Assembly: GCA_963932905.1 (NCBI GenBank)
Contig: CAWVRN010000002.1
Span: forward strand, 64,001-128,000
Direction of reading: 5' to 3'
From: an uncultured Bdellovibrio sp.
GTDB lineage: Bacteria > Bdellovibrionota > Bdellovibrionia > Bdellovibrionales > Bdellovibrionaceae
Length of the DNA: 64,000 nt
The notes under the pieces were generated by a model, which was given only the letters and a program-made list of their open reading frames with translations, did not search any database and was not told the origin of the DNA. Positions 1 through 8,577 of the stretch are shown here, piece after piece. Every line of letters begins with the position of its first letter. Position 1 is the stretch's first letter. The position numbers and the translations under genes are program-made.

Positions 1-653
1 TCGTTATGTGCATGCAGATCAATCCCGTCCTCTTTGAACGTTTGAGGATTCGCAGCCATACGCTGGATATACTGTGGTCGTGTGCAACTATAGAATCTGC
101 CGTCTTTCACGCTGTTGCATCGGTGGTGGATCCAACACCCTTGAAAAGTTTTTTTTGCTTCTTCGTAAGTGGCTTTTTCTGAGCGATTTAAATTTACAAA
201 TTTATCTTGTGTTTTCCAGCTCACTGAAATTCCGTGGTCGGTTGCTTTTTGGCGAATCCATTTTAGTAAATCTTTTGATAGTGGCGGAGATGGGTAAATT
301 GAAACTGTTAGCATTTCAAATTCGTTCCAGGCCTCGTCAGCGAGTTTAGTCAGGAGGTGGCCGTTGGTTGTAACGCTAATTTTTTTCGAAATTCCAGTTT
401 TTTTTGCAATTTTTAGAAGTCGCGGCAGCTCTGGATGCAAAAGCGGTTCTCCGCCAACAATTTTTAAAAATGAAGGCTCAACTACTTTTCCCACTTGAAT
501 TAAGTCTTTTTCGAATTGGTCTGGATCGACTTGCCAAAACTTTAACATTGGGGAAAAGGAGCAACACTGGGCACATCTTAAATTGCAGTGGTCCACAATG
601 TGATATTCAAGAGCACGAGTCTGAACACGTCCATTTACTATTTTATAATCCAT
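1..653 (-). CDS. Radical SAM protein, 3' end truncated by the window edge; absent from the ORF track
   Basis: Manual translation from ATG at 653: MDYKIVNGRVQTRALEYHIVDHCNLRCAQCCSFSP...KIVGGEPLLHP...SVTTNG...GCWIHHRCNSVKDGRFYSCTRP. It has CxxxCxxC, GGEP and TTNG motifs, stays open to position 1, and overlaps the upstream stop by 11 nt. Confidence 0.9.
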   Translation of the reverse strand, partial: MDYKIVNGRVQTRALEYHIVDHCNLRCAQCCSFSPMLKFWQVDPDQFEKDLIQVGKVVEPSFLKIVGGEPLLHPELPRLLKIAKKTGISKKISVTTNGHLLTKLADEAWNEFEMLTVSIYPSPPLSKDLLKWIRQKATDHGISVSWKTQDKFVNLNRSEKATYEEAKKTFQGCWIHHRCNSVKDGRFYSCTRPQYIQRMAANPQTFKEDGIDLHAHN

Positions 654-1395
654 AATAGGCTCCTTCAATTTCAATCAGTAAATCTGAACGGCAAATTTCT
701 GCAGAAACAAACTCGATAGATTTTCCTAGTTTTTCTTCTAAATCCGATTTTATTTTCGTTTCGATAGCTGGGTCCCGCATGTAAACTCGCCATGACATTT
801 GGTTTTTTAAAATAGGTTTTTTAAGTGTTTGTTGAGCCTTGTTTATAACTTCATCAATATTTTCGATAGTGCATTTAATTTGTCCATCTAGGTCACCCAG
901 AAACATTGTTTTATGGCCGCGAATACTAGCAGTGCCTGAAAGAAAAAACATGGAATCAATTACAGCGGCACGTGCAAAGGAAGGCGACGTGGGACCGTAT
1001 TCATTCGGGTAATCGTAGGCTTCGATCTGTAGACGATTGGAAATGGGCATTGGTTTGGTTTTACCAAAGAGAAACCGAAACTGAATTGATGAGCCTTGGC
1101 TTCCTACCGCACTGGCGGCTGGAAAGGAATTTTGGTCTATATTCAGTCGGTTGTAGGCGTTTTTTCTACCAGCGCAGAAGTGTTGGTAGTTCTCAATTCC
1201 CTCAGTGAACCGATTGATTTCTGGAATATAGTTCCAGATTCTTATTATTTCTGAAAAACCCATGCTCAAAGCGCTGCGCCAAGCTTCCAGGTACACGGAT
1301 TCAGTAACGTCTTGAATTTTAGAGGATTCGATAGATTTTGAAAAGTTAATTTCAAGTCCAAATTTAGTAGTGCGAGTGTTTAGAGTTTGTTCCAT
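643..1395 (-). CDS. FkbO/Hyg5/XanB2 chorismatase-family protein (Rid-like fold)
   Basis: Motifs RIWNYIPEIN, ENYQHFCAGR, PAASAVG, AYDYPNEYGPTSPSFARA, SGTASIRGH and C-terminal ICRSDLLIEIEG. Confidence 0.8.
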   Translation of the reverse strand: MEQTLNTRTTKFGLEINFSKSIESSKIQDVTESVYLEAWRSALSMGFSEIIRIWNYIPEINRFTEGIENYQHFCAGRKNAYNRLNIDQNSFPAASAVGSQGSSIQFRFLFGKTKPMPISNRLQIEAYDYPNEYGPTSPSFARAAVIDSMFFLSGTASIRGHKTMFLGDLDGQIKCTIENIDEVINKAQQTLKKPILKNQMSWRVYMRDPAIETKIKSDLEEKLGKSIEFVSAEICRSDLLIEIEGAYYGL

Positions 1396-2051
1396 TAAAT
1401 TCCCCTCTCGGTCAATGCATACATATAGGGTGAACGGTAAGCTACATCGGTAAGTTTAATTTTTGTTTTTTTAATAAGTCCACTTGAGATAATATATTTT
1501 CTAAAATTTCTTTTATCGATCGAAGTATTCAGAATGCCTTCATACAGTTGCTGAACCTGAGTGAGAGTAAAGTTTTCAGGCAAAACCTTCAGTGCAATAT
1601 TATTTTTGTATAAGTTTTCGATTAACCATTTCCGAGAAAATTCTACGATGTCGACGTGATCAAAAGCCAGATCCAATTTTTTTTGGTGTAAAGAGATCCA
1701 CTTGGCTTCTTTCGCATCTGTTCCCGCAGATAGTTTGAAATCGGTGGATTTAACCATTGCAAAAAACGCGACAGTTATTACTCGTTCTCGCGGATCACGA
1801 TCGATGGCGCTAAATGCCTTTAGCTGGGTCAGGTGAGATGTTCTTAAAGATGTCTCTTCAAAAAGTTCGCGTTCCGCAGCTTCTTCTAATGTTTCATTGT
1901 TTCGAACAAATCCACCTGGCAGCGCCCAGCGATTCCGATAGGGAGCGATACCTCGTTTAACAACTAAAACAGAAGGAGCATTGTTCGCGATACCAAAAAC
2001 AACTATGTCGACAGTCAGGGCCGGTCGGTCATATTTGTAAGTAAATTCCAT
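1395..2051 (-). CDS. nrtR: NrtR-family transcriptional regulator (Nudix + C-terminal wHTH)
   Basis: PALTVDIVVF, WALPGGFV...EAAERELFEET Nudix box, RDPRERVIT, LAFDH, FTLTQVQQLYE...DKRNFRK. Start moved to ATG 2051, which is preceded by a GAGGTG RBS. Confidence 0.85.
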   Translation of the reverse strand: MEFTYKYDRPALTVDIVVFGIANNAPSVLVVKRGIAPYRNRWALPGGFVRNNETLEEAAERELFEETSLRTSHLTQLKAFSAIDRDPRERVITVAFFAMVKSTDFKLSAGTDAKEAKWISLHQKKLDLAFDHVDIVEFSRKWLIENLYKNNIALKVLPENFTLTQVQQLYEGILNTSIDKRNFRKYIISSGLIKKTKIKLTDVAYRSPYMYALTERGI

Positions 2052-2068
2052 GAGCACCTCTATTACTG

Positions 2069-2093
2069 ACTTAGTGTATAACAAACACTAAGT
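2069..2093. promoter_or_regulatory. Putative NrtR operator ACTTAGTGT-N7-ACACTAAGT
   Basis: Perfect 9-bp inverted repeat with the GT-N7-AC core described for NrtR sites, 18 nt upstream of the nrtR start. Confidence 0.75.
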
Positions 2094-2220
2094 ATTTTCA
2101 ATGCCCAGTTTTTATCGGTACTAAGTGGTTGAAATAACTCAATGTAAAAATTTTCAGGTTGGCTTATTTTCAGGCATTTTTGTCTGCGTCCTTGAAAAAA
2201 CCGCCCATGAGACTGGGTGT

Positions 2221-2233
2221 TAAACACTTGATT
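2221..2233. promoter_or_regulatory. Putative IHF binding site
   Basis: TAAACACTTGATT matches YAA-N4-TTGATW, about 40 nt upstream of a sigma54-type promoter. Confidence 0.4.
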
Positions 2234-2270
2234 TCATTGGTATTCGTTTTCTAGAGGTGCTACTCCAGTC

Positions 2271-2286
2271 TGGCATTACTTTGGCA
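2271..2286 (+). promoter_or_regulatory. Putative sigma54 (-24/-12) promoter
   Basis: TGGCATTACTTTGGCA has GG-N10-GC spacing, upstream of the lipoprotein at 2373. Confidence 0.55.
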
Positions 2287-2372
2287 ATATGAATTCAATA
2301 TTCATTTTCCGTTGAATGCTTAACACTTATTCTGTCGAAACTTTTGACGGTTCGACGTTGATAGGAAATTTT

Positions 2373-3563
2373 ATGACTAAAACATTTAGTAGAATTACAA
2401 GTTTGTCAGCAGCGCTTGTGGTGGCAATTGCGTTGTCCGCGTGTGATGTTCGAAACGAACTGAAAGACATGCACAAAAGCACAGGCAACATGGAAAAAAA
2501 TACGGAAAAGATGGTGGAAATCACAGACCGTATGGAAAAAATGACCGGCAACATGGGTGGCGACGTTAAAGTTATGAAGAACGAAACCGGCGAAGTGAAT
2601 GGCAGCGTTACGGAATTCAACGGCAAGCTCGACAAACTTCAAGACGTCATTGATAGCATGGAAACGCGTGTTGGTACTGGTATCGAAGAAGTCTACGACG
2701 GTCTTCGCCAAGGGGATTCGTCTAATTTACGTCGCTTGGCTCTTCAGGGTGTGCTGAAAGCACGTGCCCACGAGAAGAAATTATTGGAAGCGGCTCAATA
2801 CTTGGCTGGTTATGAATTCTATTTCTGGCGCGCGTTCGGTATGGATAAAGATCTAAAACGCCGTGATGAGCTAGTATTTGGTGCGACTCAACAATTCTTC
2901 AAAGACATTTACGAATTCTATAATTACAAAGCTGCCGTGTTTCCTTTGGCTGATCCTGATCTGGGCGATAGTTTCAATCGTGAAGCTTCGTTCAACGCGA
3001 TCGCAGCGGCTTTGCACATGGACAACCCAAAACAAAAAGAAAACATCAAATTGATGGCTGCTCAAGGTATCAAAGTTGAAGAACTTACGTTCTTGAAATT
3101 GATCAAAACAGGTCTGTCAATGAAGCCTGACATTGAAAGCGGTAAACTCAAGCTTGATGAAATTCCATTGCAGTACAAAGAAGTTCTGATCAATGAAGAA
3201 GTGGCAATTAAATTATTGCAAGCTCGTTGGAATTTCTTGTCGGTGGCAGCACTTGATAAAAGCTTTCACTTTAAACAAGCCGGCGTATTTAAATATGTTC
3301 GTTCGGCTTGGAATTTAGCAACGACTTGGAAATTAGATTTTTCAAAATTAAACACGATTCAAATTGCAGATCTACATTTCTATTTAAAAGAAGCTAAGTC
3401 GGCTCGTGAATTTCTAAATTCAATCGGTGTGCAAACGAAACCTGATTTCTTGTTAGTGGCATTCATCAAACGTATGAAACCAGTGGGCCTTGATCAATTA
3501 TCTGAAGAAAGCCTGGCTAAAGCTCAAGAAAGCTTAGCGATCTTAGAAACGTTAAAACAGTAA
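2373..3563 (+). CDS. Hypothetical lipoprotein with N-terminal coiled coil
   Basis: Signal peptide ending in lipobox LSAC, then a heptad-like Met-rich segment. Likely start is ATG 2373 after AGGAAA. Confidence 0.7.
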   Translation: MTKTFSRITSLSAALVVAIALSACDVRNELKDMHKSTGNMEKNTEKMVEITDRMEKMTGNMGGDVKVMKNETGEVNGSVTEFNGKLDKLQDVIDSMETRVGTGIEEVYDGLRQGDSSNLRRLALQGVLKARAHEKKLLEAAQYLAGYEFYFWRAFGMDKDLKRRDELVFGATQQFFKDIYEFYNYKAAVFPLADPDLGDSFNREASFNAIAAALHMDNPKQKENIKLMAAQGIKVEELTFLKLIKTGLSMKPDIESGKLKLDEIPLQYKEVLINEEVAIKLLQARWNFLSVAALDKSFHFKQAGVFKYVRSAWNLATTWKLDFSKLNTIQIADLHFYLKEAKSAREFLNSIGVQTKPDFLLVAFIKRMKPVGLDQLSEESLAKAQESLAILETLKQ

Positions 3564-3588
3564 TCCTATGAAACCAGCGATGTTGTTT

Positions 3589-4974
3589 CTATTGGAACAA
3601 CATCGTAAAGCCGATCAACACGAATACGACACTTGTCTTAATCAACGTAATAACGAAAATATCTTTGTAGCACTGCTTGTGAGTTATGCCCGTGATGGCC
3701 AACAATGTGATGACGGCACCGTTATGGGGAAGTGTATCCATACCACCCGAAGCCATCGAAGCCACGCGGTGAAGCAGCTCTGCGCTGGTCCCGTGTTCTT
3801 GTGCCCAGCGCAAGTATTCCGCACCGAAAGAATCCAAAGCGATACTTAATCCGCCCGACGCGGATCCCGTTACACCCGACAAAACATTCACCGTAATGGC
3901 TTCAGATAATAAAGGACTGCCACCGCGACCGATGCTCATCATCGATTCCGCAATTGTCTTAAAGCCCGGTAATACTTTAACCACGTTACCAAAGCCCACT
4001 TCTGAAGCCGTATTCATGATTGCTAGTAAGGATCCTGTCGCTCCTAAGCTGATAGCGTTTGCTAATTTTCCAGAAAGTTTTTTTGGGTTCAGCAAGGTAG
4101 CTAGCAATACGCCAACAGACAACGCGATGATGAGCGCCCAGTTGTTCATCGTACCTTTTAAAGTATTTAAATCCATTTTGTACGGAGGCTCACCGGCCCA
4201 CGAAGAAATATCCCATCCAGGAAACACAACTTTTTGCAGCAACAAAGTGACCGCAAGAACGCTGATCAACGGAATAGCCGCTACCATTGGCGAAGGCAGA
4301 GTCGTTTTTTGTTCCGTCGATTCGGCCTCTAGAACACCATAACCTTCGCCGGCGGCCTGCAGTTTTCGGCGACGATATTCCAGAAACAGCATACCACTGA
4401 CAAAAATAATTATACCGCCGACCGTTCCAAAAATAGGAGCCGCATATAAATCAGTATTGAAGAATTTCATGGGAATTGAATTTTGAATTTGCGGAGTTCC
4501 TGGCAATGCATCCATCGTAAACGTGAACGCACCTAGGGCAATGGTTGGAGGCAGCAAACGTTTAGGAATATTCGCGCTTTTAAATAACGAAGCACCGAAG
4601 GGATAAACAGCAAATGCGACAACAAATAAACTGACACCACCGTACGTTAAGACCGCGCATGATAGAACAATCGCTAAAATACTATGCTTAGTTCCTAATT
4701 TTTGAGTGATGGCCTGTGCAATGGATTCCGCAGCGCCTGATTGTTCCATCACTTTACCGAAAACAGCGCCTAATAAGAAAAAGGGAAAGTAAACTTTTAC
4801 GTAGCCAGCCAGCTGAGGCAAAAACAATTCAGTGAATGTCGGTAGAGGAGATAGTCCTGAAAACGCAGCCGCCAGTAACGCAAATATCGGCGCGAAGAAA
4901 ATGACCGAGAAGCCTCGGTACGCCATATACATTAATAACCCTAAACTGATTAGAATCCCTAAACTTGCCAGCAT
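3589..4974 (-). CDS. GntP-family permease (possibly short-chain hydroxyacid uptake)
   Basis: LGAVFGKVMEQSG, LTYGGVSLFVVAF, ALPGTPQIQN, GSASGGLSIAL, GGMDTLPHNGAVIT; multi-pass membrane protein. Confidence 0.85.
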   Translation of the reverse strand: MLASLGILISLGLLMYMAYRGFSVIFFAPIFALLAAAFSGLSPLPTFTELFLPQLAGYVKVYFPFFLLGAVFGKVMEQSGAAESIAQAITQKLGTKHSILAIVLSCAVLTYGGVSLFVVAFAVYPFGASLFKSANIPKRLLPPTIALGAFTFTMDALPGTPQIQNSIPMKFFNTDLYAAPIFGTVGGIIIFVSGMLFLEYRRRKLQAAGEGYGVLEAESTEQKTTLPSPMVAAIPLISVLAVTLLLQKVVFPGWDISSWAGEPPYKMDLNTLKGTMNNWALIIALSVGVLLATLLNPKKLSGKLANAISLGATGSLLAIMNTASEVGFGNVVKVLPGFKTIAESMMSIGRGGSPLLSEAITVNVLSGVTGSASGGLSIALDSFGAEYLRWAQEHGTSAELLHRVASMASGGMDTLPHNGAVITLLAITGITHKQCYKDIFVITLIKTSVVFVLIGFTMLFQ

Positions 4975-5005
4975 AGTCACCTCGTGAAAAAGGTTCTATA
5001 CTGGT

Positions 5006-7387
5006 TTAATTAATTTCGCTAGGGACTTTTTCTTTATCAAAGATTAATTCAAACGGCGCCAGGTCAGGTTCAAGCTCTGTATTCAAATTTAATTTACCTA
5101 GCTTTTCCTTATCGATCACGATGCGTTTAATTTTATCTTCCGGGAATGGGAAATCGATTTTTGGATTGTCCTTCAAAGCCGTTTTCATAAATGACGACCA
5201 AACAGGAACGGCTCCAGACCCCCCCGTTAAACCCGTCACTTCATTTTGATCATAGCCAACCCAAACAAGTGTCGTTTTCATCGGCGTCATTCCGATAAAC
5301 CAAGTGTCTTTGTAATCGTTTGTTGTTCCCGTTTTACCGGCGATCGGGATATCAAATCCTGCCGAGGCCAGAATTTTAGCCGTCCCCGATATAGGACCTT
5401 GTTTCATGACTCCAAGAAGGATCGAAGTTAAAACTTCGTCAAAAACAGGTTCCGGTGTTGGTTTGTATTCATAAACTAACTGGCCTTTAAAATCATAAAC
5501 ACGTTTGATGAAACTTAATTCTACTTTTTTACCTACGTTCGCTAACGTTGTATAAATTTGTAAGGCTTCGATCGGGTACATTTCAAATGCGCCAAGTACC
5601 AGTGACGGGAAAGGTTTCAAGTCGGAATAGGCACCTAGTTTTTTCGCATTTACAATAATATCATCAAGACCTACGCTTTTTCCTAACAGAGCCGTCGATG
5701 CATTCAATGAATTTTTCAATGCGTAATACAAAGGAACCGGTCCAAAAAATTTCTTCGCGTAGTTTTCTGGTGACCATTTCTTTTTATTCATCACCCATAC
5801 AAATGGTTCATCCTTGATTGGTGTGAGTGGGGTAAAAGGGCGGTAACTGCCGAATAGTTTGCCTAACCCGGTGGCTTCGACAAACCCTTCTTCGGTTTTA
5901 ATTTTTTCCAGCGCCGTAAGGTATACAATCGGCTTAAAGATCGATCCCACCTGACGATGGCCATCGATAGCGCGATTGAACTGAGTCATGCGGAAACTAC
6001 GTCCACCCACTAGAACATCGACAATACCCGTTCGTTGATCAGTGGAAATGACAACGCCCTCTAGTGATTTACCGGCTGCTTTTTTTTCGGCAATTTTTTT
6101 ATTTTCTTTTTCTAAATTGGCCAGGTGTGCTTGCAAAGATTCTTGAGCTTTTTGCTGAAGATCTAAATTCAATCCCGTTTGAATACGTGTTCCATCTGCT
6201 GGCAGGTTGAGTTTCTTCATTTGTTTGCGAACGGCATCCAAATAAAACGGTGCGGTCTCTGACGCTTGAGCCGGGCGCTTTTTAGGCATTGGTTTTTTTG
6301 CGGCTTCGTCGAATTCAGCGTCAGAAATTAATTTTAACTCTTTCATTTTCGTTAAAACTAAATTTCTGCGAGCCATGGCTTTGTCGACTTTAGTGAAGGG
6401 ATTGTAAACCCCTGGTCCATTTAGGACAGCAGCTAGTAATGCGCATTCGTCCAAACTTAGATCAGATATTTTTTTATCGAAATAAAACTGACTGGCTGAT
6501 CCAAAACCAATAATTTGGAACGGTCCGTTTTGTCCCATGTAAATGACGTTCATGTAGGTTTCAAGAATTTCGTCCTTCGTCATTTTCTTTTCGATCAATA
6601 CAGATAAAATAAACTCTTCAGCTTTCCTTCGAATGGATCGCTCGTTCGTTAGGAAATAATTCTTCACCAGCTGCTGCGTGATTGTGCTGCCACCTTGAGG
6701 TTTTTTCCCTTTTAAAAGAGGCGCCAAAACACCGCGAACCGTGCCTTTGATGCTGTAGCCTTTGTGTTCTAAGAAATTAGCATCTTCGATCGCCATGATG
6801 GCGTTCGGGCAATTGGTCGGCATGTCTTTGATTTCGATCATTTCCTGCATGATCGGTTCTGAGTTTAAATACTGAGCTAAGATCTCGGGATCCAATTCTA
6901 CATTTTCTTGAGATTCCGGATGGCCATTGATGCGAATATCGACGATGCGCTGATCGGGACCCAAGAAAACTTGAAATACTTGGATTTCTGACTCGGCGAC
7001 TTCAAGATTCGTCGTCGTTTGCTTCTTGGCGAACAGTAAACAGTTCGCATATTCGAAGTCTATTTCTGGCACCATGGCCTTGCATTCTGCTTGGTTTTGG
7101 CCCCAAAAGAAGTCGCCGTAAATGATGCGCTGACCATTTTGGCGCAGGCGGAAATTTTGCCGGCTGAAATATTGAGCCAAAGACTCTTTGGGAATGACGT
7201 ATCCCTTTTTTAATGCAATTGGTGCTGCATAGAAGATCGTTGGGTTTAAGAACTTCTTAGTTTTTAGTCGTTCTTCAAGATCCTTCTCATAGTTGGTGAA
7301 CGCCTGTGCCGAGTAGATGATCGACAGCGTCAGAGTGATTGTAAAAGCTAATAAAATAGTCTTTAATCGACTTCGAATTAAGGGCAT
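5006..7387 (-). CDS. mrcB: Class A penicillin-binding protein (PBP1B-like transglycosylase/transpeptidase)
   Basis: AIEDANF, QGGSTITQQLVKN, RKAEE; transpeptidase SIFK, SLN and KTG motifs. Confidence 0.85.
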   Translation of the reverse strand: MPLIRSRLKTILLAFTITLTLSIIYSAQAFTNYEKDLEERLKTKKFLNPTIFYAAPIALKKGYVIPKESLAQYFSRQNFRLRQNGQRIIYGDFFWGQNQAECKAMVPEIDFEYANCLLFAKKQTTTNLEVAESEIQVFQVFLGPDQRIVDIRINGHPESQENVELDPEILAQYLNSEPIMQEMIEIKDMPTNCPNAIMAIEDANFLEHKGYSIKGTVRGVLAPLLKGKKPQGGSTITQQLVKNYFLTNERSIRRKAEEFILSVLIEKKMTKDEILETYMNVIYMGQNGPFQIIGFGSASQFYFDKKISDLSLDECALLAAVLNGPGVYNPFTKVDKAMARRNLVLTKMKELKLISDAEFDEAAKKPMPKKRPAQASETAPFYLDAVRKQMKKLNLPADGTRIQTGLNLDLQQKAQESLQAHLANLEKENKKIAEKKAAGKSLEGVVISTDQRTGIVDVLVGGRSFRMTQFNRAIDGHRQVGSIFKPIVYLTALEKIKTEEGFVEATGLGKLFGSYRPFTPLTPIKDEPFVWVMNKKKWSPENYAKKFFGPVPLYYALKNSLNASTALLGKSVGLDDIIVNAKKLGAYSDLKPFPSLVLGAFEMYPIEALQIYTTLANVGKKVELSFIKRVYDFKGQLVYEYKPTPEPVFDEVLTSILLGVMKQGPISGTAKILASAGFDIPIAGKTGTTNDYKDTWFIGMTPMKTTLVWVGYDQNEVTGLTGGSGAVPVWSSFMKTALKDNPKIDFPFPEDKIKRIVIDKEKLGKLNLNTELEPDLAPFELIFDKEKVPSEIN

Positions 7388-7391
7388 ATAT

Positions 7392-7670
7392 ATGAAACTA
7401 ACAAATCAGCAGCTCGAAGTCATCGTCAATAAAGTCATGAAAGCATGGAAAGATAATCATGTGATCGAATTTAAAGAAGATGAAAAAAAGGTTCTAAACC
7501 GTATGCTTGAAAGCCTAAAGCAAGACTTCCAAAAAGAATTGGATTTAGAACGTGAAGTCAATGCCATGTTGGATAAACTAGAAGCGTCTAACTCAGGTGA
7601 ATTCCAGCGTTACAAAATGTACCCACTACTTAAACAAAAGTTAGCGAAAGAGAAAAAGGTAATTCTATGA
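7392..7670 (+). CDS. DUF507-family protein
   Basis: MKLTNQQLEVIVNKV...ELDLEREVNAML...KQKLAKEKKVIL resembles the DUF507 pair seen in delta/epsilon-proteobacteria. Confidence 0.65.
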   Translation: MKLTNQQLEVIVNKVMKAWKDNHVIEFKEDEKKVLNRMLESLKQDFQKELDLEREVNAMLDKLEASNSGEFQRYKMYPLLKQKLAKEKKVIL

Positions 7671-7936
7671 TTTTATCAGAAGAACGCCAATCGCACTGGG
7701 CCCACTTGCTGACAGATAGTATCTGGAACGACGACATGGTGGATTACACCGACGAAGACCAAGCATTGCGTTTGGCTAAAGTCGCCATCAAGGAATTTGT
7801 AAATGAAGACAGCGCTATTGATAAACGTGCTCGGGAAAAAGTCGCGTCACTAAAACGCGGTGTTATTGAAGGTTCTCCTGAGTGGGATGTTATGTATAAG
7901 AAATATTACGAAGAGGAAAAAAAGAAAAATGGCTAA
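7667..7936 (+). CDS. DUF507-family protein
   Basis: MILSEERQSHWAH...SLKRGVIEGSPEWDVMYKKYYEEE; ATGA overlap with the upstream gene. Confidence 0.7.
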   Translation: MILSEERQSHWAHLLTDSIWNDDMVDYTDEDQALRLAKVAIKEFVNEDSAIDKRAREKVASLKRGVIEGSPEWDVMYKKYYEEEKKKNG

Positions 7937-8570
7937 GGCAAAAAAAACAGCTCCAAAGAAAACTCCAGCGAAAGCCAAAGCAACGGCAAAAGCTAAACCG
8001 GCGGTGAAAGCGAAGCCAAAGGCGGCGCAAACGAAGCAAGCGAAGCCAAAGGCGGCGCAAACGAAACCTGCGCCGAAATCGGCAGCAAAGAAAACGGCTA
8101 AGCCTGGAGCCAAGGCTAAGGTTTCGACTAAAGCCAAAACAACTACAAAAACTCCGGCTAAAAAAGCAATGCCAAAAAAAGCGGCGCCTAAAGCTCCCGC
8201 AAAACCAGCTGCGAAAACAACACTAGCTCGTGCAGCGACTACACCGACGGATAAAAAAACAGAAAGCTATTTCAAATCGTACTTAAAACCTTTGGATGAT
8301 CGTATCGTGGTGCTTGTTGGAGCTAACGAACGTGTAACTTCCGGGGGATTAATTATCCCGGACACGGTAACGGACGTATCTGGAAATTTTCAAGGAAAAG
8401 TCATGGCGATTGGTCGTGGTCATATGAATAAAAAAGGCCGCGTGCAACCGTTGGACGTTGCTCTAGGCGATAAGGTTGTATTCTCGCAATTTGCGGGAAG
8501 CCAAATTGATGTAGATGGAAACAATATCATGATCATTCGTGAATCTGACGTTCTAGGAATTGTAAAATAG
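7929..8570 (+). CDS. groES: Co-chaperonin GroES (second copy) with Lys/Ala/Pro-rich histone-H1-like N-terminal extension
   Basis: C-terminal LKPLDDRIVV...TSGGLIIPD...GKVMAIGRG...GDKVVFSQFAG...IIRESDVLGIV; the roughly 110 preceding residues are K/A/P/T-rich. Confidence 0.85.
   Translation: MAKAKKTAPKKTPAKAKATAKAKPAVKAKPKAAQTKQAKPKAAQTKPAPKSAAKKTAKPGAKAKVSTKAKTTTKTPAKKAMPKKAAPKAPAKPAAKTTLARAATTPTDKKTESYFKSYLKPLDDRIVVLVGANERVTSGGLIIPDTVTDVSGNFQGKVMAIGRGHMNKKGRVQPLDVALGDKVVFSQFAGSQIDVDGNNIMIIRESDVLGIVK
8008..8065 (+). repeat. 30-bp in-frame tandem repeat (2 copies) encoding AKPKAAQTK
   Basis: AAGCGAAGCCAAAGGCGGCGCAAACGAA occurs at 8008 and 8038. Confidence 0.9.
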
Positions 8571-8577
8571 GAATTAT

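Noticed and set aside
74..655. Plus-strand ORFs 74-349 and 404-655
   Set aside because: They are antisense shadows of the minus-strand radical SAM gene.
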